Source: Giardia intestinalis (lineage: Eukaryota). Taken from it: a DNA stretch of 64,000 nucleotides. Shown in pieces: positions 31,101 through 43,100 of the stretch (position 1 is its first letter; each line of letters starts with the position of its first letter). The notes under the pieces were generated by a model. That model ran no database searches, was not told where the DNA came from, and was given only the letters and a program-made list of their open reading frames with translations. The translations under genes were made by a program, and so were the position numbers. The stretch lies in NCBI GenBank assembly GCA_000002435.2, contig CM018793.1. The stretch is one strand, 5' to 3'.

Positions 31101-34100
31101 NNNNNNNNNNNNNNNNNNNNNNNNNNNNNNNNNNNNNNNNNNNNNNNNNNNNNNNNNNNNNNNNNNNNNNNNNNNNNNNNNNNNNNNNNNNNNNNNNNNN
31201 NNNNNNNNNNNNNNNNNNNNNNNNNNNNNNNNNNNNNNNNNNNNNNNNNNNNNNNNNNNNNNNNNNNNNNNNNNNNNNNNNNNNNNNNNNNNNNNNNNNN
31301 NNNNNNNNNNNNNNNNNNNNNNNNNNNNNNNNNNNNNNNNNNNNNNNNNNNNNNNNNNNNNNNNNNNNNNNNNNNNNNNNNNNNNNNNNNNNNNNNNNNN
31401 NNNNNNNNNNNNNNNNNNNNNNNNNNNNNNNNNNNNNNNNNNNNNNNNNNNNNNNNNNNNNNNNNNNNNNNNNNNNNNNNNNNNNNNNNNNNNNNNNNNN
31501 NNNNNNNNNNNNNNNNNNNNNNNNNNNNNNNNNNNNNNNNNNNNNNNNNNNNNNNNNNNNNNNNNNNNNNNNNNNNNNNNNNNNNNNNNNNNNNNNNNNN
31601 NNNNNNNNNNNNNNNNNNNNNNNNNNNNNNNNNNNNNNNNNNNNNNNNNNNNNNNNNNNNNNNNNNNNNNNNNNNNNNNNNNNNNNNNNNNNNNNNNNNN
31701 NNNNNNNNNNNNNNNNNNNNNNNNNNNNNNNNNNNNNNNNNNNNNNNNNNNNNNNNNNNNNNNNNNNNNNNNNNNNNNNNNNNNNNNNNNNNNNNNNNNN
31801 NNNNNNNNNNNNNNNNNNNNNNNNNNNNNNNNNNNNNNNNNNNNNNNNNNNNNNNNNNNNNNNNNNNNNNNNNNNNNNNNNNNNNNNNNNNNNNNNNNNN
31901 NNNNNNNNNNNNNNNNNNNNNNNNNNNNNNNNNNNNNNNNNNNNNNNNNNNNNNNNNNNNNNNNNNNNNNNNNNNNNNNNNNNNNNNNNNNNNNNNNNNN
32001 NNNNNNNNNNNNNNNNNNNNNNNNNNNNNNNNNNNNNNNNNNNNNNNNNNNNNNNNNNNNNNNNNNNNNNNNNNNNNNNNNNNNNNNNNNNNNNNNNNNN
32101 NNNNNNNNNNNNNNNNNNNNNNNNNNNNNNNNNNNNNNNNNNNNNNNNNNNNNNNNNNNNNNNNNNNNNNNNNNNNNNNNNNNNNNNNNNNNNNNNNNNN
32201 NNNNNNNNNNNNNNNNNNNNNNNNNNNNNNNNNNNNNNNNNNNNNNNNNNNNNNNNNNNNNNNNNNNNNNNNNNNNNNNNNNNNNNNNNNNNNNNNNNNN
32301 NNNNNNNNNNNNNNNNNNNNNNNNNNNNNNNNNNNNNNNNNNNNNNNNNNNNNNNNNNNNNNNNNNNNNNNNNNNNNNNNNNNNNNNNNNNNNNNNNNNN
32401 NNNNNNNNNNNNNNNNNNNNNNNNNNNNNNNNNNNNNNNNNNNNNNNNNNNNNNNNNNNNNNNNNNNNNNNNNNNNNNNNNNNNNNNNNNNNNNNNNNNN
32501 NNNNNNNNNNNNNNNNNNNNNNNNNNNNNNNNNNNNNNNNNNNNNNNNNNNNNNNNNNNNNNNNNNNNNNNNNNNNNNNNNNNNNNNNNNNNNNNNNNNN
32601 NNNNNNNNNNNNNNNNNNNNNNNNNNNNNNNNNNNNNNNNNNNNNNNNNNNNNNNNNNNNNNNNNNNNNNNNNNNNNNNNNNNNNNNNNNNNNNNNNNNN
32701 NNNNNNNNNNNNNNNNNNNNNNNNNNNNNNNNNNNNNNNNNNNNNNNNNNNNNNNNNNNNNNNNNNNNNNNNNNNNNNNNNNNNNNNNNNNNNNNNNNNN
32801 NNNNNNNNNNNNNNNNNNNNNNNNNNNNNNNNNNNNNNNNNNNNNNNNNNNNNNNNNNNNNNNNNNNNNNNNNNNNNNNNNNNNNNNNNNNNNNNNNNNN
32901 NNNNNNNNNNNNNNNNNNNNNNNNNNNNNNNNNNNNNNNNNNNNNNNNNNNNNNNNNNNNNNNNNNNNNNNNNNNNNNNNNNNNNNNNNNNNNNNNNNNN
33001 NNNNNNNNNNNNNNNNNNNNNNNNNNNNNNNNNNNNNNNNNNNNNNNNNNNNNNNNNNNNNNNNNNNNNNNNNNNNNNNNNNNNNNNNNNNNNNNNNNNN
33101 NNNNNNNNNNNNNNNNNNNNNNNNNNNNNNNNNNNNNNNNNNNNNNNNNNNNNNNNNNNNNNNNNNNNNNNNNNNNNNNNNNNNNNNNNNNNNNNNNNNN
33201 NNNNNNNNNNNNNNNNNNNNNNNNNNNNNNNNNNNNNNNNNNNNNNNNNNNNNNNNNNNNNNNNNNNNNNNNNNNNNNNNNNNNNNNNNNNNNNNNNNNN
33301 NNNNNNNNNNNNNNNNNNNNNNNNNNNNNNNNNNNNNNNNNNNNNNNNNNNNNNNNNNNNNNNNNNNNNNNNNNNNNNNNNNNNNNNNNNNNNNNNNNNN
33401 NNNNNNNNNNNNNNNNNNNNNNNNNNNNNNNNNNNNNNNNNNNNNNNNNNNNNNNNNNNNNNNNNNNNNNNNNNNNNNNNNNNNNNNNNNNNNNNNNNNN
33501 NNNNNNNNNNNNNNNNNNNNNNNNNNNNNNNNNNNNNNNNNNNNNNNNNNNNNNNNNNNNNNNNNNNNNNNNNNNNNNNNNNNNNNNNNNNNNNNNNNNN
33601 NNNNNNNNNNNNNNNNNNNNNNNNNNNNNNNNNNNNNNNNNNNNNNNNNNNNNNNNNNNNNNNNNNNNNNNNNNNNNNNNNNNNNNNNNNNNNNNNNNNN
33701 NNNNNNNNNNNNNNNNNNNNNNNNNNNNNNNNNNNNNNNNNNNNNNNNNNNNNNNNNNNNNNNNNNNNNNNNNNNNNNNNNNNNNNNNNNNNNNNNNNNN
33801 NNNNNNNNNNNNNNNNNNNNNNNNNNNNNNNNNNNNNNNNNNNNNNNNNNNNNNNNNNNNNNNNNNNNNNNNNNNNNNNNNNNNNNNNNNNNNNNNNNNN
33901 NNNNNNNNNNNNNNNNNNNNNNNNNNNNNNNNNNNNNNNNNNNNNNNNNNNNNNNNNNNNNNNNNNNNNNNNNNNNNNNNNNNNNNNNNNNNNNNNNNNN
34001 NNNNNNNNNNNNNNNNNNNNNNNNNNNNNNNNNNNNNNNNNNNNNNNNNNNNNNNNNNNNNNNNNNNNNNNNNNNNNNNNNNNNNNNNNNNNNNNNNNNN

Positions 34101-37100
34101 NNNNNNNNNNNNNNNNNNNNNNNNNNNNNNNNNNNNNNNNNNNNNNNNNNNNNNNNNNNNNNNNNNNNNNNNNNNNNNNNNNNNNNNNNNNNNNNNNNNN
34201 NNNNNNNNNNNNNNNNNNNNNNNNNNNNNNNNNNNNNNNNNNNNNNNNNNNNNNNNNNNNNNNNNNNNNNNNNNNNNNNNNNNNNNNNNNNNNNNNNNNN
34301 NNNNNNNNNNNNNNNNNNNNNNNNNNNNNNNNNNNNNNNNNNNNNNNNNNNNNNNNNNNNNNNNNNNNNNNNNNNNNNNNNNNNNNNNNNNNNNNNNNNN
34401 NNNNNNNNNNNNNNNNNNNNNNNNNNNNNNNNNNNNNNNNNNNNNNNNNNNNNNNNNNNNNNNNNNNNNNNNNNNNNNNNNNNNNNNNNNNNNNNNNNNN
34501 NNNNNNNNNNNNNNNNNNNNNNNNNNNNNNNNNNNNNNNNNNNNNNNNNNNNNNNNNNNNNNNNNNNNNNNNNNNNNNNNNNNNNNNNNNNNNNNNNNNN
34601 NNNNNNNNNNNNNNNNNNNNNNNNNNNNNNNNNNNNNNNNNNNNNNNNNNNNNNNNNNNNNNNNNNNNNNNNNNNNNNNNNNNNNNNNNNNNNNNNNNNN
34701 NNNNNNNNNNNNNNNNNNNNNNNNNNNNNNNNNNNNNNNNNNNNNNNNNNNNNNNNNNNNNNNNNNNNNNNNNNNNNNNNNNNNNNNNNNNNNNNNNNNN
34801 NNNNNNNNNNNNNNNNNNNNNNNNNNNNNNNNNNNNNNNNNNNNNNNNNNNNNNNNNNNNNNNNNNNNNNNNNNNNNNNNNNNNNNNNNNNNNNNNNNNN
34901 NNNNNNNNNNNNNNNNNNNNNNNNNNNNNNNNNNNNNNNNNNNNNNNNNNNNNNNNNNNNNNNNNNNNNNNNNNNNNNNNNNNNNNNNNNNNNNNNNNNN
35001 NNNNNNNNNNNNNNNNNNNNNNNNNNNNNNNNNNNNNNNNNNNNNNNNNNNNNNNNNNNNNNNNNNNNNNNNNNNNNNNNNNNNNNNNNNNNNNNNNNNN
35101 NNNNNNNNNNNNNNNNNNNNNNNNNNNNNNNNNNNNNNNNNNNNNNNNNNNNNNNNNNNNNNNNNNNNNNNNNNNNNNNNNNNNNNNNNNNNNNNNNNNN
35201 NNNNNNNNNNNNNNNNNNNNNNNNNNNNNNNNNNNNNNNNNNNNNNNNNNNNNNNNNNNNNNNNNNNNNNNNNNNNNNNNNNNNNNNNNNNNNNNNNNNN
35301 NNNNNNNNNNNNNNNNNNNNNNNNNNNNNNNNNNNNNNNNNNNNNNNNNNNNNNNNNNNNNNNNNNNNNNNNNNNNNNNNNNNNNNNNNNNNNNNNNNNN
35401 NNNNNNNNNNNNNNNNNNNNNNNNNNNNNNNNNNNNNNNNNNNNNNNNNNNNNNNNNNNNNNNNNNNNNNNNNNNNNNNNNNNNNNNNNNNNNNNNNNNN
35501 NNNNNNNNNNNNNNNNNNNNNNNNNNNNNNNNNNNNNNNNNNNNNNNNNNNNNNNNNNNNNNNNNNNNNNNNNNNNNNNNNNNNNNNNNNNNNNNNNNNN
35601 NNNNNNNNNNNNNNNNNNNNNNNNNNNNNNNNNNNNNNNNNNNNNNNNNNNNNNNNNNNNNNNNNNNNNNNNNNNNNNNNNNNNNNNNNNNNNNNNNNNN
35701 NNNNNNNNNNNNNNNNNNNNNNNNNNNNNNNNNNNNNNNNNNNNNNNNNNNNNNNNNNNNNNNNNNNNNNNNNNNNNNNNNNNNNNNNNNNNNNNNNNNN
35801 NNNNNNNNNNNNNNNNNNNNNNNNNNNNNNNNNNNNNNNNNNNNNNNNNNNNNNNNNNNNNNNNNNNNNNNNNNNNNNNNNNNNNNNNNNNNNNNNNNNN
35901 NNNNNNNNNNNNNNNNNNNNNNNNNNNNNNNNNNNNNNNNNNNNNNNNNNNNNNNNNNNNNNNNNNNNNNNNNNNNNNNNNNNNNNNNNNNNNNNNNNNN
36001 NNNNNNNNNNNNNNNNNNNNNNNNNNNNNNNNNNNNNNNNNNNNNNNNNNNNNNNNNNNNNNNNNNNNNNNNNNNNNNNNNNNNNNNNNNNNNNNNNNNN
36101 NNNNNNNNNNNNNNNNNNNNNNNNNNNNNNNNNNNNNNNNNNNNNNNNNNNNNNNNNNNNNNNNNNNNNNNNNNNNNNNNNNNNNNNNNNNNNNNNNNNN
36201 NNNNNNNNNNNNNNNNNNNNNNNNNNNNNNNNNNNNNNNNNNNNNNNNNNNNNNNNNNNNNNNNNNNNNNNNNNNNNNNNNNNNNNNNNNNNNNNNNNNN
36301 NNNNNNNNNNNNNNNNNNNNNNNNNNNNNNNNNNNNNNNNNNNNNNNNNNNNNNNNNNNNNNNNNNNNNNNNNNNNNNNNNNNNNNNNNNNNNNNNNNNN
36401 NNNNNNNNNNNNNNNNNNNNNNNNNNNNNNNNNNNNNNNNNNNNNNNNNNNNNNNNNNNNNNNNNNNNNNNNNNNNNNNNNNNNNNNNNNNNNNNNNNNN
36501 NNNNNNNNNNNNNNNNNNNNNNNNNNNNNNNNNNNNNNNNNNNNNNNNNNNNNNNNNNNNNNNNNNNNNNNNNNNNNNNNNNNNNNNNNNNNNNNNNNNN
36601 NNNNNNNNNNNNNNNNNNNNNNNNNNNNNNNNNNNNNNNNNNNNNNNNNNNNNNNNNNNNNNNNNNNNNNNNNNNNNNNNNNNNNNNNNNNNNNNNNNNN
36701 NNNNNNNNNNNNNNNNNNNNNNNNNNNNNNNNNNNNNNNNNNNNNNNNNNNNNNNNNNNNNNNNNNNNNNNNNNNNNNNNNNNNNNNNNNNNNNNNNNNN
36801 NNNNNNNNNNNNNNNNNNNNNNNNNNNNNNNNNNNNNNNNNNNNNNNNNNNNNNNNNNNNNNNNNNNNNNNNNNNNNNNNNNNNNNNNNNNNNNNNNNNN
36901 NNNNNNNNNNNNNNNNNNNNNNNNNNNNNNNNNNNNNNNNNNNNNNNNNNNNNNNNNNNNNNNNNNNNNNNNNNNNNNNNNNNNNNNNNNNNNNNNNNNN
37001 NNNNNNNNNNNNNNNNNNNNNNNNNNNNNNNNNNNNNNNNNNNNNNNNNNNNNNNNNNNNNNNNNNNNNNNNNNNNNNNNNNNNNNNNNNNNNNNNNNNN

Positions 37101-40100
37101 NNNNNNNNNNNNNNNNNNNNNNNNNNNNNNNNNNNNNNNNNNNNNNNNNNNNNNNNNNNNNNNNNNNNNNNNNNNNNNNNNNNNNNNNNNNNNNNNNNNN
37201 NNNNNNNNNNNNNNNNNNNNNNNNNNNNNNNNNNNNNNNNNNNNNNNNNNNNNNNNNNNNNNNNNNNNNNNNNNNNNNNNNNNNNNNNNNNNNNNNNNNN
37301 NNNNNNNNNNNNNNNNNNNNNNNNNNNNNNNNNNNNNNNNNNNNNNNNNNNNNNNNNNNNNNNNNNNNNNNNNNNNNNNNNNNNNNNNNNNNNNNNNNNN
37401 NNNNNNNNNNNNNNNNNNNNNNNNNNNNNNNNNNNNNNNNNNNNNNNNNNNNNNNNNNNNNNNNNNNNNNNNNNNNNNNNNNNNNNNNNNNNNNNNNNNN
37501 NNNNNNNNNNNNNNNNNNNNNNNNNNNNNNNNNNNNNNNNNNNNNNNNNNNNNNNNNNNNNNNNNNNNNNNNNNNNNNNNNNNNNNNNNNNNNNNNNNNN
37601 NNNNNNNNNNNNNNNNNNNNNNNNNNNNNNNNNNNNNNNNNNNNNNNNNNNNNNNNNNNNNNNNNNNNNNNNNNNNNNNNNNNNNNNNNNNNNNNNNNNN
37701 NNNNNNNNNNNNNNNNNNNNNNNNNNNNNNNNNNNNNNNNNNNNNNNNNNNNNNNNNNNNNNNNNNNNNNNNNNNNNNNNNNNNNNNNNNNNNNNNNNNN
37801 NNNNNNNNNNNNNNNNNNNNNNNNNNNNNNNNNNNNNNNNNNNNNNNNNNNNNNNNNNNNNNNNNNNNNNNNNNNNNNNNNNNNNNNNNNNNNNNNNNNN
37901 NNNNNNNNNNNNNNNNNNNNNNNNNNNNNNNNNNNNNNNNNNNNNNNNNNNNNNNNNNNNNNNNNNNNNNNNNNNNNNNNNNNNNNNNNNNNNNNNNNNN
38001 NNNNNNNNNNNNNNNNNNNNNNNNNNNNNNNNNNNNNNNNNNNNNNNNNNNNNNNNNNNNNNNNNNNNNNNNNNNNNNNNNNNNNNNNNNNNNNNNNNNN
38101 NNNNNNNNNNNNNNNNNNNNNNNNNNNNNNNNNNNNNNNNNNNNNNNNNNNNNNNNNNNNNNNNNNNNNNNNNNNNNNNNNNNNNNNNNNNNNNNNNNNN
38201 NNNNNNNNNNNNNNNNNNNNNNNNNNNNNNNNNNNNNNNNNNNNNNNNNNNNNNNNNNNNNNNNNNNNNNNNNNNNNNNNNNNNNNNNNNNNNNNNNNNN
38301 NNNNNNNNNNNNNNNNNNNNNNNNNNNNNNNNNNNNNNNNNNNNNNNNNNNNNNNNNNNNNNNNNNNNNNNNNNNNNNNNNNNNNNNNNNNNNNNNNNNN
38401 NNNNNNNNNNNNNNNNNNNNNNNNNNNNNNNNNNNNNNNNNNNNNNNNNNNNNNNNNNNNNNNNNNNNNNNNNNNNNNNNNNNNNNNNNNNNNNNNNNNN
38501 NNNNNNNNNNNNNNNNNNNNNNNNNNNNNNNNNNNNNNNNNNNNNNNNNNNNNNNNNNNNNNNNNNNNNNNNNNNNNNNNNNNNNNNNNNNNNNNNNNNN
38601 NNNNNNNNNNNNNNNNNNNNNNNNNNNNNNNNNNNNNNNNNNNNNNNNNNNNNNNNNNNNNNNNNNNNNNNNNNNNNNNNNNNNNNNNNNNNNNNNNNNN
38701 NNNNNNNNNNNNNNNNNNNNNNNNNNNNNNNNNNNNNNNNNNNNNNNNNNNNNNNNNNNNNNNNNNNNNNNNNNNNNNNNNNNNNNNNNNNNNNNNNNNN
38801 NNNNNNNNNNNNNNNNNNNNNNNNNNNNNNNNNNNNNNNNNNNNNNNNNNNNNNNNNNNNNNNNNNNNNNNNNNNNNNNNNNNNNNNNNNNNNNNNNNNN
38901 NNNNNNNNNNNNNNNNNNNNNNNNNNNNNNNNNNNNNNNNNNNNNNNNNNNNNNNNNNNNNNNNNNNNNNNNNNNNNNNNNNNNNNNNNNNNNNNNNNNN
39001 NNNNNNNNNNNNNNNNNNNNNNNNNNNNNNNNNNNNNNNNNNNNNNNNNNNNNNNNNNNNNNNNNNNNNNNNNNNNNNNNNNNNNNNNNNNNNNNNNNNN
39101 NNNNNNNNNNNNNNNNNNNNNNNNNNNNNNNNNNNNNNNNNNNNNNNNNNNNNNNNNNNNNNNNNNNNNNNNNNNNNNNNNNNNNNNNNNNNNNNNNNNN
39201 NNNNNNNNNNNNNNNNNNNNNNNNNNNNNNNNNNNNNNNNNNNNNNNNNNNNNNNNNNNNNNNNNNNNNNNNNNNNNNNNNNNNNNNNNNNNNNNNNNNN
39301 NNNNNNNNNNNNNNNNNNNNNNNNNNNNNNNNNNNNNNNNNNNNNNNNNNNNNNNNNNNNNNNNNNNNNNNNNNNNNNNNNNNNNNNNNNNNNNNNNNNN
39401 NNNNNNNNNNNNNNNNNNNNNNNNNNNNNNNNNNNNNNNNNNNNNNNNNNNNNNNNNNNNNNNNNNNNNNNNNNNNNNNNNNNNNNNNNNNNNNNNNNNN
39501 NNNNNNNNNNNNNNNNNNNNNNNNNNNNNNNNNNNNNNNNNNNNNNNNNNNNNNNNNNNNNNNNNNNNNNNNNNNNNNNNNNNNNNNNNNNNNNNNNNNN
39601 NNNNNNNNNNNNNNNNNNNNNNNNNNNNNNNNNNNNNNNNNNNNNNNNNNNNNNNNNNNNNNNNNNNNNNNNNNNNNNNNNNNNNNNNNNNNNNNNNNNN
39701 NNNNNNNNNNNNNNNNNNNNNNNNNNNNNNNNNNNNNNNNNNNNNNNNNNNNNNNNNNNNNNNNNNNNNNNNNNNNNNNNNNNNNNNNNNNNNNNNNNNN
39801 NNNNNNNNNNNNNNNNNNNNNNNNNNNNNNNNNNNNNNNNNNNNNNNNNNNNNNNNNNNNNNNNNNNNNNNNNNNNNNNNNNNNNNNNNNNNNNNNNNNN
39901 NNNNNNNNNNNNNNNNNNNNNNNNNNNNNNNNNNNNNNNNNNNNNNNNNNNNNNNNNNNNNNNNNNNNNNNNNNNNNNNNNNNNNNNNNNNNNNNNNNNN
40001 NNNNNNNNNNNNNNNNNNNNNNNNNNNNNNNNNNNNNNNNNNNNNNNNNNNNNNNNNNNNNNNNNNNNNNNNNNNNNNNNNNNNNNNNNNNNNNNNNNNN

Positions 40101-43100
40101 NNNNNNNNNNNNNNNNNNNNNNNNNNNNNNNNNNNNNNNNNNNNNNNNNNNNNNNNNNNNNNNNNNNNNNNNNNNNNNNNNNNNNNNNNNNNNNNNNNNN
40201 NNNNNNNNNNNNNNNNNNNNNNNNNNNNNNNNNNNNNNNNNNNNNNNNNNNNNNNNNNNNNNNNNNNNNNNNNNNNNNNNNNNNNNNNNNNNNNNNNNNN
40301 NNNNNNNNNNNNNNNNNNNNNNNNNNNNNNNNNNNNNNNNNNNNNNNNNNNNNNNNNNNNNNNNNNNNNNNNNNNNNNNNNNNNNNNNNNNNNNNNNNNN
40401 NNNNNNNNNNNNNNNNNNNNNNNNNNNNNNNNNNNNNNNNNNNNNNNNNNNNNNNNNNNNNNNNNNNNNNNNNNNNNNNNNNNNNNNNNNNNNNNNNNNN
40501 NNNNNNNNNNNNNNNNNNNNNNNNNNNNNNNNNNNNNNNNNNNNNNNNNNNNNNNNNNNNNNNNNNNNNNNNNNNNNNNNNNNNNNNNNNNNNNNNNNNN
40601 NNNNNNNNNNNNNNNNNNNNNNNNNNNNNNNNNNNNNNNNNNNNNNNNNNNNNNNNNNNNNNNNNNNNNNNNNNNNNNNNNNNNNNNNNNNNNNNNNNNN
40701 NNNNNNNNNNNNNNNNNNNNNNNNNNNNNNNNNNNNNNNNNNNNNNNNNNNNNNNNNNNNNNNNNNNNNNNNNNNNNNNNNNNNNNNNNNNNNNNNNNNN
40801 NNNNNNNNNNNNNNNNNNNNNNNNNNNNNNNNNNNNNNNNNNNNNNNNNNNNNNNNNNNNNNNNNNNNNNNNNNNNNNNNNNNNNNNNNNNNNNNNNNNN
40901 NNNNNNNNNNNNNNNNNNNNNNNNNNNNNNNNNNNNNNNNNNNNNNNNNNNNNNNNNNNNNNNNNNNNNNNNNNNNNNNNNNNNNNNNNNNNNNNNNNNN
41001 NNNNNNNNNNNNNNNNNNNNNNNNNNNNNNNNNNNNNNNNNNNNNNNNNNNNNNNNNNNNNNNNNNNNNNNNNNNNNNNNNNNNNNNNNNNNNNNNNNNN
41101 NNNNNNNNNNNNNNNNNNNNNNNNNNNNNNNNNNNNNNNNNNNNNNNNNNNNNNNNNNNNNNNNNNNNNNNNNNNNNNNNNNNNNNNNNNNNNNNNNNNN
41201 NNNNNNNNNNNNNNNNNNNNNNNNNNNNNNNNNNNNNNNNNNNNNNNNNNNNNNNNNNNNNNNNNNNNNNNNNNNNNNNNNNNNNNNNNNNNNNNNNNNN
41301 NNNNNNNNNNNNNNNNNNNNNNNNNNNNNNNNNNNNNNNNNNNNNNNNNNNNNNNNNNNNNNNNNNNNNNNNNNNNNNNNNNNNNNNNNNNNNNNNNNNN
41401 NNNNNNNNNNNNNNNNNNNNNNNNNNNNNNNNNNNNNNNNNNNNNNNNNNNNNNNNNNNNNNNNNNNNNNNNNNNNNNNNNNNNNNNNNNNNNNNNNNNN
41501 NNNNNNNNNNNNNNNNNNNNNNNNNNNNNNNNNNNNNNNNNNNNNNNNNNNNNNNNNNNNNNNNNNNNNNNNNNNNNNNNNNNNNNNNNNNNNNNNNNNN
41601 NNNNNNNNNNNNNNNNNNNNNNNNNNNNNNNNNNNNNNNNNNNNNNNNNNNNNNNNNNNNNNNNNNNNNNNNNNNNNNNNNNNNNNNNNNNNNNNNNNNN
41701 NNNNNNNNNNNNNNNNNNNNNNNNNNNNNNNNNNNNNNNNNNNNNNNNNNNNNNNNNNNNNNNNNNNNNNNNNNNNNNNNNNNNNNNNNNNNNNNNNNNN
41801 NNNNNNNNNNNNNNNNNNNNNNNNNNNNNNNNNNNNNNNNNNNNNNNNNNNNNNNNNNNNNNNNNNNNNNNNNNNNNNNNNNNNNNNNNNNNNNNNNNNN
41901 NNNNNNNNNNNNNNNNNNNNNNNNNNNNNNNNNNNNNNNNNNNNNNNNNNNNNNNNNNNNNNNNNNNNNNNNNNNNNNNNNNNNNNNNNNNNNNNNNNNN
42001 NNNNNNNNNNNNNNNNNNNNNNNNNNNNNNNNNNNNNNNNNNNNNNNNNNNNNNNNNNNNNNNNNNNNNNNNNNNNNNNNNNNNNNNNNNNNNNNNNNNN
42101 NNNNNNNNNNNNNNNNNNNNNNNNNNNNNNNNNNNNNNNNNNNNNNNNNNNNNNNNNNNNNNNNNNNNNNNNNNNNNNNNNNNNNNNNNNNNNNNNNNNN
42201 NNNNNNNNNNNNNNNNNNNNNNNNNNNNNNNNNNNNNNNNNNNNNNNNNNNNNNNNNNNNNNNNNNNNNNNNNNNNNNNNNNNNNNNNNNNNNNNNNNNN
42301 NNNNNNNNNNNNNNNNNNNNNNNNNNNNNNNNNNNNNNNNNNNNNNNNNNNNNNNNNNNNNNNNNNNNNNNNNNNNNNNNNNNNNNNNNNNNNNNNNNNN
42401 NNNNNNNNNNNNNNNNNNNNNNNNNNNNNNNNNNNNNNNNNNNNNNNNNNNNNNNNNNNNNNNNNNNNNNNNNNNNNNNNNNNNNNNNNNNNNNNNNNNN
42501 NNNNNNNNNNNNNNNNNNNNNNNNNNNNNNNNNNNNNNNNNNNNNNNNNNNNNNNNNNNNNNNNNNNNNNNNNNNNNNNNNNNNNNNNNNNNNNNNNNNN
42601 NNNNNNNNNNNNNNNNNNNNNNNNNNNNNNNNNNNNNNNNNNNNNNNNNNNNNNNNNNNNNNNNNNNNNNNNNNNNNNNNNNNNNNNNNNNNNNNNNNNN
42701 NNNNNNNNNNNNNNNNNNNNNNNNNNNNNNNNNNNNNNNNNNNNNNNNNNNNNNNNNNNNNNNNNNNNNNNNNNNNNNNNNNNNNNNNNNNNNNNNNNNN
42801 NNNNNNNNNNNNNNNNNNNNNNNNNNNNNNNNNNNNNNNNNNNNNNNNNNNNNNNNNNNNNNNNNNNNNNNNNNNNNNNNNNNNNNNNNNNNNNNNNNNN
42901 NNNNNNNNNNNNNNNNNNNNNNNNNNNNNNNNNNNNNNNNNNNNNNNNNNNNNNNNNNNNNNNNNNNNNNNNNNNNNNNNNNNNNNNNNNNNNNNNNNNN
43001 NNNNNNNNNNNNNNNNNNNNNNNNNNNNNNNNNNNNNNNNNNNNNNNNNNNNNNNNNNNNNNNNNNNNNNNNNNNNNNNNNNNNNNNNNNNNNNNNNNNN